Part shown: positions 44,493 through 53,858 of the stretch, piece by piece
Position numbering within the stretch: the first letter of the stretch is position 1
Layout of the letters: every line of letters begins with the position of its first letter
Assembly (NCBI GenBank): GCA_937976375.1
Contig: CALJRU010000030.1
Location: forward strand, 94,467-158,466
DNA: 64,000 bases
Direction: 5' to 3'
Source: an uncultured Peptococcaceae bacterium
GTDB taxonomy: Bacteria; Bacillota; Peptococcia; Peptococcales; Peptococcaceae
The notes under the pieces: model-generated
What the model was told of the DNA's origin: nothing
What the model saw: the letters and a program-made list of their open reading frames with translations, nothing else
Databases searched by the model: none
Made by a program: the position numbers and the translations under genes

Positions 44493-46168
44493 TGGATGTC
44501 AAGGTTCGCGACGAAATCATTAAAACAGAATACTTAATCATCGGCGGTGGTGTTGCAGGCTTAATGGCTGCCATCACAGCAGCAAGCAAAGGCGTCGATG
44601 TTCTCATTGCTGAAAAAGCAGATACTCGCCGTTCTGGTTCTGGTTGCGGCGGTAACGACCACTTCATGTGCTATATTCCAGAATGCCACGGAGACGATTT
44701 TGACCGTGTCATCTCAGAAATCAACGAAGGCATGGAAGGCGGCCCATGGCAGGATCAAGCCATGCTGCGCAAGATGATGCTGCGCACCCAGAGCGTTGTA
44801 GAACGCTGGGAAAAATGGGGCGTTAACATGAAGCCTACTGGCAAATACCACTTTGAAGGACATACCATGCCATCCCGCCAGTGCTATCATCTGAAATACG
44901 ATGGCGCCAACCAGAAACGTGTATTGACCAACGAAGCACGTAAAAACGGCGCGAAGATCATGAATAAACTTTTCATCAACGACATCCTGACCAATGATGA
45001 AGGCCGTGCGGTTGGTGCAATTGGGTTCATCCTTGCAGATGACGAACCAGAAGTGGTTGTTATCCAGGCAAAAGCTGTGCTCGTAGCGACAGCTCAAGCC
45101 ATGCGCATGTATCCAAACGTTAACCCAGCCTACATCTTTAACACCCATAGCTGCCCAGCAGCAGCCGGCGGTGCTGCCATCGCTTATCGTGCAGGTGCAA
45201 AGCTGGTTAACATCGATGTTCCATATCGTCATGCTGGTGTCAAAGGCTTTGCCCGTAGTGGTAAGGCAACCTGGTTTGGCGTTATCAGTGACATCAACGG
45301 CGACTCCATCAGCCCATTCTGCGACAAACCAGACCGTAAGCGCGGTGATGCGCTCATGGATATCAACCCAGGTATCTTTACCAAACGCCTTGAAAGTGCA
45401 ACCGGCCCAACCTTCATGAACTGCACCGGTTACAGCGAAGAAGACCACGCTTATCAGCATCAGCAGTTCAAATGCGAAGGCATCGACTCCATCACCGACT
45501 ACCTCGACCAGCGTGGTGTAGATTTGCATAAGAGCATGGTAGAATTTGGTACCTATGACTATTCTTTGGCACAGCGCGGCATTGATATCGGCCTTGATGC
45601 AAGCACCAACGTACCAGGCATTTATGCAGCTGGTATTGTTTGCGGCAACGTACGCGGCAACATCACTAGTGCTTCTGTCTGGGGCGATGTAGCTGGTGAA
45701 TCTGTGGCGGAATATGTAAAGACCGTTGACGAATATGATGTATCTGGGCATCCAGACATTCAGAAACACATTGATTTCTACAATAAACTGATGAATAGAG
45801 AGAACGGTGCATACTGGCTCGAAGCAAACTCCACCCTGCAAGTCATCATGAACGACTATGTTGGTCTGAAACTGCGCAGCGAAGATATGATGCGTGCTGG
45901 TATCAAGTATCTGGATGATTTGAAAGCCTATGCACAATCTGACATCGGCTGTGAAGATGCACATCAGCTCATGCGCACCATGGAACTTTTCGACCTTATT
46001 GATCTTGCCAAGGCTGTTGCCATTACTTCACGCAACCGTAAAGAAAGCCGCGGCAACCATAAGCGTATCGATTATGACTATACCAATCCATTGCTGAATA
46101 ACATGTTCCAGACCATTCATCTTGATAAGAATGGTGAAGTGGTATTGGAATGGCGTAAGAGAATATAA
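44492..46168 (+). CDS. FAD-dependent oxidoreductase of the succinate dehydrogenase/fumarate reductase/AprA flavoprotein family (copy 1)
   Basis: 558 aa. N-terminal dinucleotide fold IIGGGVAGLMAAITAA. C-terminal ESRGNHKRIDYDYTNP resembles the FrdA/SdhA H-x-R-x-D(Y/F)P active-site motif. Confidence 0.65.
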   Translation: MDVKVRDEIIKTEYLIIGGGVAGLMAAITAASKGVDVLIAEKADTRRSGSGCGGNDHFMCYIPECHGDDFDRVISEINEGMEGGPWQDQAMLRKMMLRTQSVVERWEKWGVNMKPTGKYHFEGHTMPSRQCYHLKYDGANQKRVLTNEARKNGAKIMNKLFINDILTNDEGRAVGAIGFILADDEPEVVVIQAKAVLVATAQAMRMYPNVNPAYIFNTHSCPAAAGGAAIAYRAGAKLVNIDVPYRHAGVKGFARSGKATWFGVISDINGDSISPFCDKPDRKRGDALMDINPGIFTKRLESATGPTFMNCTGYSEEDHAYQHQQFKCEGIDSITDYLDQRGVDLHKSMVEFGTYDYSLAQRGIDIGLDASTNVPGIYAAGIVCGNVRGNITSASVWGDVAGESVAEYVKTVDEYDVSGHPDIQKHIDFYNKLMNRENGAYWLEANSTLQVIMNDYVGLKLRSEDMMRAGIKYLDDLKAYAQSDIGCEDAHQLMRTMELFDLIDLAKAVAITSRNRKESRGNHKRIDYDYTNPLLNNMFQTIHLDKNGEVVLEWRKRI

Positions 46169-46188
46169 GATACTGTGGCTGACTGATG

Positions 46189-46230
46189 CATTGTCCATGG
46201 AAAGTCTTTCCATGGACAATGTCTTTATTG
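46189..46230 (+). terminator. 33-nt perfect palindrome (two CCATGG cores) plus T-rich tract between the two ferredoxin-flavoprotein pairs
   Basis: CATTGTCCATGGAAAG-T-CTTTCCATGGACAATG followed by TCTTTATTG. Confidence 0.55.
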
Positions 46231-46245
46231 AAGGAGGACTGCGCG

Positions 46246-46458
46246 ATGATTCAATCCATTGATCAAGAAAAATGTATTGGCTGCGGCACCTGTGTTGAAA
46301 TTTGTCCGTTGGACACCATTCGTCTCGATGAAAACGGCAAAGCTTTCATCGCTTATGGAGATGACTGCATGACCTGTTTCAAATGTGAACGTCTTTGCCC
46401 GGCAGGAGCGATCTTTGTGCATCCGTTCAAAGAAGCGCTGCCTATGGCGTTTGAGTGA
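46246..46458 (+). CDS. 2x[4Fe-4S] ferredoxin (copy 2)
   Basis: 70 aa from the ATG after GGAGGA. CIGCGTCVEICP and CMTCFKCERLCP. The ORF-track N-terminal extension crosses the palindrome and is spurious. Confidence 0.7.
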   Translation: MIQSIDQEKCIGCGTCVEICPLDTIRLDENGKAFIAYGDDCMTCFKCERLCPAGAIFVHPFKEALPMAFE

Positions 46459-46472
46459 GTGGAGGTGCTGTT

Positions 46473-48218
46473 ATGGAAACAACGAACGTAAAAGACATTC
46501 GTCTGAAAACCGATGTATTGATCATCGGTGGAGGGTCTGCTGGACTTTGGGCGGCAGATCATGCCAAAGAACTGGATCCCTCTCTTGATGTGCTTGTTGT
46601 AGATAAAGGGCCTGCCGATTGGGGCGGCCTCATGTCCATGTCCGGCGGCGATTTTGATGTGATACTGCCAGACGAAAATATTGACGACTGGGTGGAAGAC
46701 CTTGTGTACTATTACGATGGCCTTTGCAATCAGGAGCTGGTAGAATCGCTGCTGTCTCAATCCTACGCGCGTATGCAGGATTATGAACGCCTCGGCTGCC
46801 GATTCTTCCGCAAAGAAGATGGATCTTTGAAGGGCATCCCACAGCGTGGCTTGCCTCATGTAAAGCTCTACCCTGCGCAATACAAGGGCAAAGGCGGCGA
46901 GGATATGGCGCGCAATCTTATCAAAGAAGTGAAAGAGCGCGGGGTCAAACGCCTTGGCCGCATTTTGATCACAGACCTTCTCAAAGATGGAGAACGTGTT
47001 GTTGGTGCGGTAGGCTTTGACTCAAGAAGCGGAGATTTTTATGTTATTGAAGCGCGTGCCGTCATTTTAGCAACCGGATGGACCGGATGGAAGACTTCCT
47101 ATGGGAAAAATACCACCACTGGGGAAGGCGCTGAATTGGCATTTAAAGCTGGCGCAAAGCTCAGCAATTTTGAATTTGGCCGTGTTTGGAACGTGCCAAA
47201 GCTCTTTGGCTGGGAAGGTCAGACGGCACTGTTTCCATTGGGTGCGAAAGTGGTCAATGGCATTGGTGAACCGCTGATGGATCCATATTCTCCAGTGCTT
47301 GGTGCGAATACCGACCCACATTTTACGACGCTGGCGATGGCTGTTGAACACCGTAAGGGCAATGGTCCATTCTATCTTGACATTAGTGCCGTCAATCCAG
47401 ACGACTTAGTTCTGCTGAAACCTCAAGATGGCTGGCAAAAACTGAACTATGACAAACTCTGTGACCTTGGCATCGACATGTTCAAGGAAAACAGTGAATG
47501 GATTCCACAGCTGACCTGCGGCTTTGGTGGCGTTGAAGCAGACCTCGATGGTTATACTGGCGTGCCGGGACTTTATGCAGCCGGTACTTCACGCAGCTTG
47601 GACCCTGGTGTATACATGGGTGGTTTCGCGCTCGAAACGACGGCTTCTGGCGGTTATATGACAGGTGAAGCGGTGGTGAAAGCATTACAAGATTTGACGC
47701 AAGGCGAGCTCGATGAAGCTGTTATTGCCGAAAAGAAAGCGGCTTTGTACGCGCAAATTGGTGATGATGGGCTTATGCCGCATGACGTGCTGCGTGCTAT
47801 TCAGGAAATATTGTTCCCTTACGAAGTCTCCATTATTAAAAGTGAACGTTCGCTGAATGAAGCGCTTGATAAACTTCAGCAAGTCCAAAAAGACATGCTG
47901 CCACGTATGAAGGCAAAAGATCCGCACTATCTGTTAAAACTTATTGAAGTACAGGGTATATCCTTTATCAGTGAGCTGTATTTGCGTGCATCTTTGCAGC
48001 GTAAAGAATCCCGTGCAGGACATTTCCGCGAAGATTATCCAACCCGCAATAATGACGACTTCCTTGCTTGGATTGTAGCTGAACAGGATGGCGACGATGG
48101 TATTGCATTCTCAAAGAAAGCAGTACCAGTGGAACGTTATAAACATAAAATCGATAAATATTATTCCGATAACTTTACGTTTTCCAAGCTTTTTTCCGAA
48201 CAAAAGGATAATCAGTAA
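46473..48218 (+). CDS. FAD-dependent oxidoreductase of the SdhA/FrdA/AprA flavoprotein family (copy 2, diverged paralog)
   Basis: 581 aa. IIGGGSAGLWAADHA Rossmann motif. C-terminal ESRAGHFREDYPTRNND. Start at the ATG after GGAGG (or GTG 46455). Confidence 0.65.
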   Translation: METTNVKDIRLKTDVLIIGGGSAGLWAADHAKELDPSLDVLVVDKGPADWGGLMSMSGGDFDVILPDENIDDWVEDLVYYYDGLCNQELVESLLSQSYARMQDYERLGCRFFRKEDGSLKGIPQRGLPHVKLYPAQYKGKGGEDMARNLIKEVKERGVKRLGRILITDLLKDGERVVGAVGFDSRSGDFYVIEARAVILATGWTGWKTSYGKNTTTGEGAELAFKAGAKLSNFEFGRVWNVPKLFGWEGQTALFPLGAKVVNGIGEPLMDPYSPVLGANTDPHFTTLAMAVEHRKGNGPFYLDISAVNPDDLVLLKPQDGWQKLNYDKLCDLGIDMFKENSEWIPQLTCGFGGVEADLDGYTGVPGLYAAGTSRSLDPGVYMGGFALETTASGGYMTGEAVVKALQDLTQGELDEAVIAEKKAALYAQIGDDGLMPHDVLRAIQEILFPYEVSIIKSERSLNEALDKLQQVQKDMLPRMKAKDPHYLLKLIEVQGISFISELYLRASLQRKESRAGHFREDYPTRNNDDFLAWIVAEQDGDDGIAFSKKAVPVERYKHKIDKYYSDNFTFSKLFSEQKDNQ

Positions 48219-48284
48219 TCCGTCATGAACCGGGATATTTTAAAGTTGAACACTTCTAATTTCTAAACCTTTCCTATATCATTG

Positions 48285-48322
48285 AAAGAGACGCATAGCT
48301 TATGCTGGGCGTCTCTTTCTCT
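48285..48322 (+). terminator. Hairpin terminator
   Basis: AAAGAGACGC-ATAGCTTATGCTGG-GCGTCTCTTT. Confidence 0.5.
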
Positions 48323-48586
48323 ATTGTTAAAAAGTTGCGTTTCCGGTTGTCACAATGCAATGTCATTGTGGTGGCCCAAAGTGTTCTGCATTTTAAGCTA
48401 TGTTAGAATAAATGAAGATTGCTTTTTATATTTTTGCAATGTTTCTTAAGTATCTATGAAGATTGTTTCAGACAGGTCGTGATGGCTTGAATGGATGGAA
48501 TAAACATGTTAAGCTAATCAATAAGTGAAATTAAAATGCCTAAAAATGTACATATGAAATGATAATACCTTCTTGGAGGTGGATGT

Positions 48587-48985
48587 GTGGATTTTAAGAA
48601 ACTGCTCAAAAAATACGAAGAACAATGGCATTATTTGATTGTTGGATGTGGCACCACACTCATCAACTATGTGCTTTATTTTTTGCTTAATTTTCTTGGC
48701 ATGCAATACATTGCCAGTAATATTTTGGCATGGGTTGGTGCCGTTGCTTTTGCCTATTTTGCCAATGGTGCTTGGGTATATCGTTCCACATCACGGCGGA
48801 GCATACGGGAGGCGACAGCTTTTGTAATTTCTCGTTTGTTTTCGCTGGGACTTGAAACAGTGCTTTTAGTGTTGATTGTGGAATGGGCGGGCATTGGTGA
48901 GTATTTGGCAAAGATTGTTGTGGGTGTCATTGTTGTGGTGGTTAATTATTTAACTGGCCTGCTGGTATATAAGAAGGGAGTGTGA
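48587..48985 (+). CDS. gtrA: GtrA-family membrane protein (lipid-linked sugar flippase)
   Basis: 132 aa, 4 TMs. GTG start after GGAGGTGGA. Confidence 0.65.
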   Translation: MDFKKLLKKYEEQWHYLIVGCGTTLINYVLYFLLNFLGMQYIASNILAWVGAVAFAYFANGAWVYRSTSRRSIREATAFVISRLFSLGLETVLLVLIVEWAGIGEYLAKIVVGVIVVVVNYLTGLLVYKKGV

Positions 48986-49930
48986 GTGATGCTGTCAGTG
49001 ATTGTACCTGCCTATAATGAGGAAGGTTTGGTGCTTGCAGCGGCTCAGCGCTTGCATGAGGTGCTGGCAGGTGCGGACATTCCATATGAAGTCATTTTTG
49101 TCGATGATGGTTCCCGTGATCGCACTTGGAATGAAATCGACATGGCGCATCAAAACTTTCCTGATGTCAGAGGTTTGCGTTTTTCGCGTAATTTTGGCAA
49201 GGAAGCGGCTATTTTTGCGGGCTTGGGTGCCGCAGAGGGTGAATGCTGCGCGGTGATTGATTGTGATCTTCAGCATCCGCCGGAAAAGCTCGTAGAGATG
49301 TATGCTTTGTGGCAGGATGGTTGGGAAGTGGTTAATGGCGTGAAGGAAGACCGTGGAGAAGAAAGTGCAGCACACGGTTTCGCTGCCAAATGTTTCTACA
49401 AGCTCATGAGTCGTGCCGCAAAGATCGATATGAGCCATTCCTCTGATTTTAAGCTGATGGACCGACGCGTGGTCAATGCTTTGCTCGCATTACCGGAGCG
49501 CAAGACATTCTTCCGCGCTCTGGTTGGCTGGGTAGGATTTCGCTCGATTGATGTGCCGTTTTCAGTAGAAGAACGGACAACAGGAACCAGTCACTTTTCA
49601 ACACTGTCATTGATTCGTTACGCACTTTCGAACATTTCTGCGTTTTCATCGGCACCGATGCAGATTGTTACTGTGATCGGCGGTATTTTTCTCCTTTTGG
49701 CAATCGCGCTCAGCGTTCAGACCTTGGTGTTGTGGGCCAGTGGCAATGCTGCCGATGGATTCACGACGGTGATCATTTTATTGCTGTTAATTGGCAGTAT
49801 CATCATGATCAGTTTGGGCATCATCGGTTATTATATCGCACAGATTTATATAGAGAGCAAAGAACGCCCGCGGTATCTTGTCGCACAAACCTGTGAGCAA
49901 ATGCCGAAGAAGGGAGGAGAAAAACAATGA
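48986..49930 (+). CDS. gtrB: GT2 glycosyltransferase, bactoprenol/undecaprenyl-phosphate glucosyltransferase (GtrB-like)
   Basis: MMLSVIVPAYNEEG...FVDDGSRD...DCDLQHPP (DXD). Two C-terminal TMs. Confidence 0.8.
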   Translation: MMLSVIVPAYNEEGLVLAAAQRLHEVLAGADIPYEVIFVDDGSRDRTWNEIDMAHQNFPDVRGLRFSRNFGKEAAIFAGLGAAEGECCAVIDCDLQHPPEKLVEMYALWQDGWEVVNGVKEDRGEESAAHGFAAKCFYKLMSRAAKIDMSHSSDFKLMDRRVVNALLALPERKTFFRALVGWVGFRSIDVPFSVEERTTGTSHFSTLSLIRYALSNISAFSSAPMQIVTVIGGIFLLLAIALSVQTLVLWASGNAADGFTTVIILLLLIGSIIMISLGIIGYYIAQIYIESKERPRYLVAQTCEQMPKKGGEKQ

Positions 49931-51489
49931 TTCTCGCACCAGATGCGGCCTTTGAACGTTTTCGTAAAAGTGTTCCTTCCTACACCAAGTGGACATTTGC
50001 AGCGTCCGTTGTTTTTGGCTTAATTGCGCATCTCTATATGTTGACGAATAAGCTGCCAAATCATGATGATATTTTTCATCTTTTTCAATGCGATTATGGA
50101 ACTCAGTCTGGACGCTGGTTTTTGCCGACAGTGCTGGAATGGGATGGCGATTTTAGCATGCCATGGCTGATCGGTGTGTTAGGCATTCTTTGTCTGGCTG
50201 GTACCGCATGCATTACAACCAGTTTGTTTCATATCCGTCGGCCTTTGGCTTGTATCATTACCGCTGCGCTGTTGGTCTCTTTTCCAACAGTGGCCGCAAC
50301 GTTTACTTATATGTTTACGGCGGATGCTTATTTCTTTGGCTTGTTTTTGGCTGCTTGTGCAGCTTTTGCTGTGGCGCGTTTACCAATCATGGGACTTCCG
50401 TTGGGTACCATTGCGCTCATTTTGTCGATGGGCGTTTATCAAAGCTATTTCCCAGTAGCGACGGTGTTGATGGTTGGCACATTGTTGTTTGATTGTTTGG
50501 AAGGCCAATATTCTTTTCTTCAGATTTTATTACGTGGTATCAAAATGGTTGTTACTCTTGGCCTTGGCATTGTTGTATATATGGCAGCTGCGCGCTGGGC
50601 AACAGCCAATATGGGCGGGCTTTCTGATTATATGGGGATCTCCAGCATGGGTTCCGTTTCATTGGACCAACTGCCTTCGCTTATTCGAAAATGCTATGAG
50701 TGCTATCGTGAGTATTTCATTGATAATCAATTTGGTTGGAATTTTGGCTTTATCCGCTATTTGCTTTTAGCAGCGGCAGCAAGTGGCCTGGTGATACTCC
50801 TTCTTTTGATTGTACGGAGAAATGTTGGGGTATTACGTGGCGTTTTGGCGCTGGTATTGGTTGTATGCTATCCATTGGCAGGAGCCCTTATTCATATCAT
50901 GGTAGGCGGCGCTGAGATTCATTTTCTGATGATCTATGGCTGCGTTTATATTTTGATTCTGCCCATCGCTTTAGCCAGTTTTGCTGGTGATCAATTTGTG
51001 GAAACGGGCAGTTTGCGTTCCGGTATACAGGCAATTCTGAGCTGGATTATTATGATTGCAATGGCGTTTACAGCTTATTCATATACGGTGGCAGACAACA
51101 AAGCGTATTTGTCGATGGAAGTAAGTCTTGAGCAGATCAATGCGTATTCCAATCGATTGGTGAGTGCCATTCAGAGTATTGATGGCTATACGACAGACAT
51201 GCCAGTGGTGCTCGTTGGCAGCAGCGGCATTGATGCCATGCTGGACTTGACACCGGAGCAAGATGAGATCACATTAACGGGTGTTTTAAAGGCAATTACT
51301 TATCGAACACAGTACAGTTACGGTTATTATCTCAATCGCTTCCTGGCATTGCCAAATGCTGTTTACATGGATGATATGCCGGATGAAATCAAGACAGCGA
51401 TCGGAGATGTTAAATCTTGGATGCCTACCTATCCACAGGAAGGCAGTATCCAGATTGTTAATGGCTATATCGTGGTACGTTTGAACTAG
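49927..51489 (+). CDS. Polytopic membrane glucosyltransferase (GtrII / serotype-specific Gtr-like, GT-C-like)
   Basis: 520 aa, about 10 TMs plus a C-terminal ~130 aa soluble domain. Third gene of a gtrA-gtrB-gtrX arrangement. Confidence 0.5.
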   Translation: MILAPDAAFERFRKSVPSYTKWTFAASVVFGLIAHLYMLTNKLPNHDDIFHLFQCDYGTQSGRWFLPTVLEWDGDFSMPWLIGVLGILCLAGTACITTSLFHIRRPLACIITAALLVSFPTVAATFTYMFTADAYFFGLFLAACAAFAVARLPIMGLPLGTIALILSMGVYQSYFPVATVLMVGTLLFDCLEGQYSFLQILLRGIKMVVTLGLGIVVYMAAARWATANMGGLSDYMGISSMGSVSLDQLPSLIRKCYECYREYFIDNQFGWNFGFIRYLLLAAAASGLVILLLLIVRRNVGVLRGVLALVLVVCYPLAGALIHIMVGGAEIHFLMIYGCVYILILPIALASFAGDQFVETGSLRSGIQAILSWIIMIAMAFTAYSYTVADNKAYLSMEVSLEQINAYSNRLVSAIQSIDGYTTDMPVVLVGSSGIDAMLDLTPEQDEITLTGVLKAITYRTQYSYGYYLNRFLALPNAVYMDDMPDEIKTAIGDVKSWMPTYPQEGSIQIVNGYIVVRLN

Positions 51490-51505
51490 AAATTTTGGAC
51501 GTTAT

Positions 51506-51544
51506 AAAGCCGAACAGGAATGTTTCTCCTGTTCGGCTTTTTTA
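51506..51544. terminator. Bidirectional terminator between convergent operons
   Basis: AAAGCCGAACAGGA-ATGTTTC-TCCTGTTCGGCTTT followed by TTT. Confidence 0.75.
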
Positions 51545-51547
51545 GGA

Positions 51548-52942
51548 TTACTTTTTATGGCGCTGATTGATTGGCAACGATACGTGGAAGGTGACACCGT
51601 CGTCTTCGTTGCAGGCGCTAATGTGTCCATGGTGACGCTGGCAGATGCTGTCAGCAATAGCCAGCCCCAATCCGTAGCCGCCGGTTTCTCGGGTGCGTGA
51701 TTCGTCGACGCGGTAGAACCGTTCAAAAAGGTGTTTAAGCGTATCTTCATCGAAGGCGTTGCCTTTATTGTGCACGCTGAGGTGCAGGTTTTTATCCTGG
51801 CGTTTGAGACCAACATCGATGGCACTTCCGGCAGGTGCATATTTGCAGGCGTTGTCGAGAAGAATGTTGATCAGCTCTTCTAACTGGGTTTTATCGCCTT
51901 CGAGTACACAGTTTTCATCCAAGGTTTCGCGAATGAGCAGTCCGTTATCGAGTGCAACAGACTCAAAACTTAAGATGGCGCCAAGCACCACGTCGCTGAA
52001 CAGCACTTGCTCTGTGGCAATGGGTTGATTTTCATTGGCGTCATTGCGCGCCAAGAGCAGCATGTCGCTGACCAGTTTTTTCATGCGCAGCGCTTCTTGA
52101 TTGGAACTTTCGATCCAGCGCTGTTGATCGGCGATGGTGTCTTCTTTGTGGTTTTCAAGGATGCGCATATTGGCAAGAATGACCGTTAATGGCGTCTTTA
52201 ATTCATGAGAGGCATCGGCAATGAATTGACGCTGCTGCGCCCAGGCTGTTTCCACTGGCCGAAAGACCCAGTTCGACAATCGCCAGACGAGACAGAAAAA
52301 AATAAACCAAGCGATACAGAATACCAAGAGGCTCCAAAAGAACAGATTGCGTATGTTGGATGTTTCATAGCTGCGGTCAACAAAGGCAATTTTAATGCCT
52401 TCAGGTGTTTGCCGCACACTGTAAGACACGTCATAGGCTTCAAGCGTTCCTTCTGTACTGCCATTTTCTTCAACAGCTTGTACGAGCTTTTTGGCGGTGG
52501 AAGCACTGGTCTTCATGTTTCGTGAGAAAATGATGTCAGCATTGTCATAGTTTTCATCGACAGCAACAACGATACCAGGCAGTGCGAATGCCGCCTTTTG
52601 TTCCTTGGGATCTAATTTTGAATTGGTTTCTGGTGGTGGTTCATCATCTGGCTGTTCATCGTCGGTGGTGGATGAAGTTGTTTCCGATTGATCGACGTTT
52701 AATGGTTGATTGGCATCACGATTGGCGTCCTGAAAGCGTGATGCGCCGGGATCACTGCTGGAGGAAAACGTGTTGACAGGATTGGTCATATTGACCAGTG
52801 TATGCAGCGATTCAAAAGCTACAGTTTTATAATGCTGCATATTACCGATGATGACAATTGATAGGATGATCAATAGCATGATCGTAATGGTGCCCATGTT
52901 GATGATCATAAACCGCCGCTGCAACGCTTTTAAGCGGTTCAT
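51548..52942 (-). CDS. Sensor histidine kinase with large extracytoplasmic domain containing an acidic/Pro-rich low-complexity stretch
   Basis: HisKA ADASHELKTPLTVI; HATPase_c ...GGYGLGLAIA; two TMs flanking a ~170 aa outside domain. Confidence 0.8.
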   Translation of the reverse strand: MNRLKALQRRFMIINMGTITIMLLIILSIVIIGNMQHYKTVAFESLHTLVNMTNPVNTFSSSSDPGASRFQDANRDANQPLNVDQSETTSSTTDDEQPDDEPPPETNSKLDPKEQKAAFALPGIVVAVDENYDNADIIFSRNMKTSASTAKKLVQAVEENGSTEGTLEAYDVSYSVRQTPEGIKIAFVDRSYETSNIRNLFFWSLLVFCIAWFIFFCLVWRLSNWVFRPVETAWAQQRQFIADASHELKTPLTVILANMRILENHKEDTIADQQRWIESSNQEALRMKKLVSDMLLLARNDANENQPIATEQVLFSDVVLGAILSFESVALDNGLLIRETLDENCVLEGDKTQLEELINILLDNACKYAPAGSAIDVGLKRQDKNLHLSVHNKGNAFDEDTLKHLFERFYRVDESRTRETGGYGLGLAIADSICQRHHGHISACNEDDGVTFHVSLPINQRHKK

Positions 52943-53616
52943 GATGCGGTGTCCTCTAAACGGTAGCCGATGCGGCGAAGGGTAATGATTTGGACATGAG
53001 AAGCCAGAAAATGGAGCTTTTTGCGCAGAAATGAAATGTACACTTCAACATTGTTTTCGCCTGCATCGGAATCACTGCCCCAAACGCTGACGATCAGTTC
53101 TTCTTTGCTGATTGAAAGCTGTGGATGCTGCAGAAATTTTTGCATGATCGCAAATTCTTTATAGCCGAGATGCACTGCTTTGTCACCACAGCGCAATTCT
53201 GCTTTTTCCAGATCTAATGTAAGATCCCCAAACGTGAGTTCATCGAGCACCACTTCGCCAACACGACGTGTGAGAGCGCGAATGCGGGCAAAGAGTTCTT
53301 CATAGACGAAAGGTTTTGTCATATAATCATCAGCGCCGCAATCCAAGCCGGTGATTTTGTCGCTGACAGCTTCGCGAGCAGTGAGGATGAGCACTGGCGT
53401 TGAGATTTTTTCTTTGCGCATGGTTTTGACGACATCAAACCCGTTCATTTCCGGCAGCATGACATCGAGGATGATGAGATCATATTGTGCGCTGCGTGCA
53501 TAATCCAGTCCGCTTCGGCCATCATAAACACAATCTACTTCATAGTGCTGATCTTTGAGAAGCTGCGCAATAGCGTCTGAGAGCGCGCGCTCGTCTTCAA
53601 CAATGAGAATATGCAT
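52939..53616 (-). CDS. OmpR-family response regulator
   Basis: MHILIVEDE...D...ILDVMLP receiver domain. C-terminal winged helix. ATG after AAGGGGGA. The ORF-track start at 53676 has no RBS. Confidence 0.8.
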   Translation of the reverse strand: MHILIVEDERALSDAIAQLLKDQHYEVDCVYDGRSGLDYARSAQYDLIILDVMLPEMNGFDVVKTMRKEKISTPVLILTAREAVSDKITGLDCGADDYMTKPFVYEELFARIRALTRRVGEVVLDELTFGDLTLDLEKAELRCGDKAVHLGYKEFAIMQKFLQHPQLSISKEELIVSVWGSDSDAGENNVEVYISFLRKKLHFLASHVQIITLRRIGYRLEDTAS

Positions 53617-53858
53617 GGAATAATCCCCCTTATAGTCGTATAAAAATAGTATAGCGTATATCAATAGAAAAATCATAGAGAATAAACCTTAAATCGTCAT
53701 TAAAAATAATCATGAAGAAGGTTTATGGGGGGATCTTTTATAAAGAATTCGGAAAGAAATGATTAAAAATCATTCTTTTATAGGAAAATATAATGCATTT
53801 GACGCCTGGTTGTTGTACAATTTCTAGTGAAAATACTTATGAAAGGGAGCGCTTGCAT

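Noticed and set aside
44714-45964. 416-aa minus-strand ORF inside flavoprotein copy 1
   Set aside because: Antisense shadow ORF of a well-supported gene (Rossmann and active-site motifs on the plus strand).
46186-46245. N-terminal extension of ferredoxin copy 2 (MHCPWKVFPWTMSLLKEDCA)
   Set aside because: It is the translation of the 33-nt palindromic terminator. The real start is the ATG at 46246 after GGAGGA.
48340-48370. Short inverted repeat CACAATG-CAATGT-CATTGTG upstream of gtrA
   Set aside because: A 7-bp stem in a long AT-rich intergenic region; too weak to assign function.
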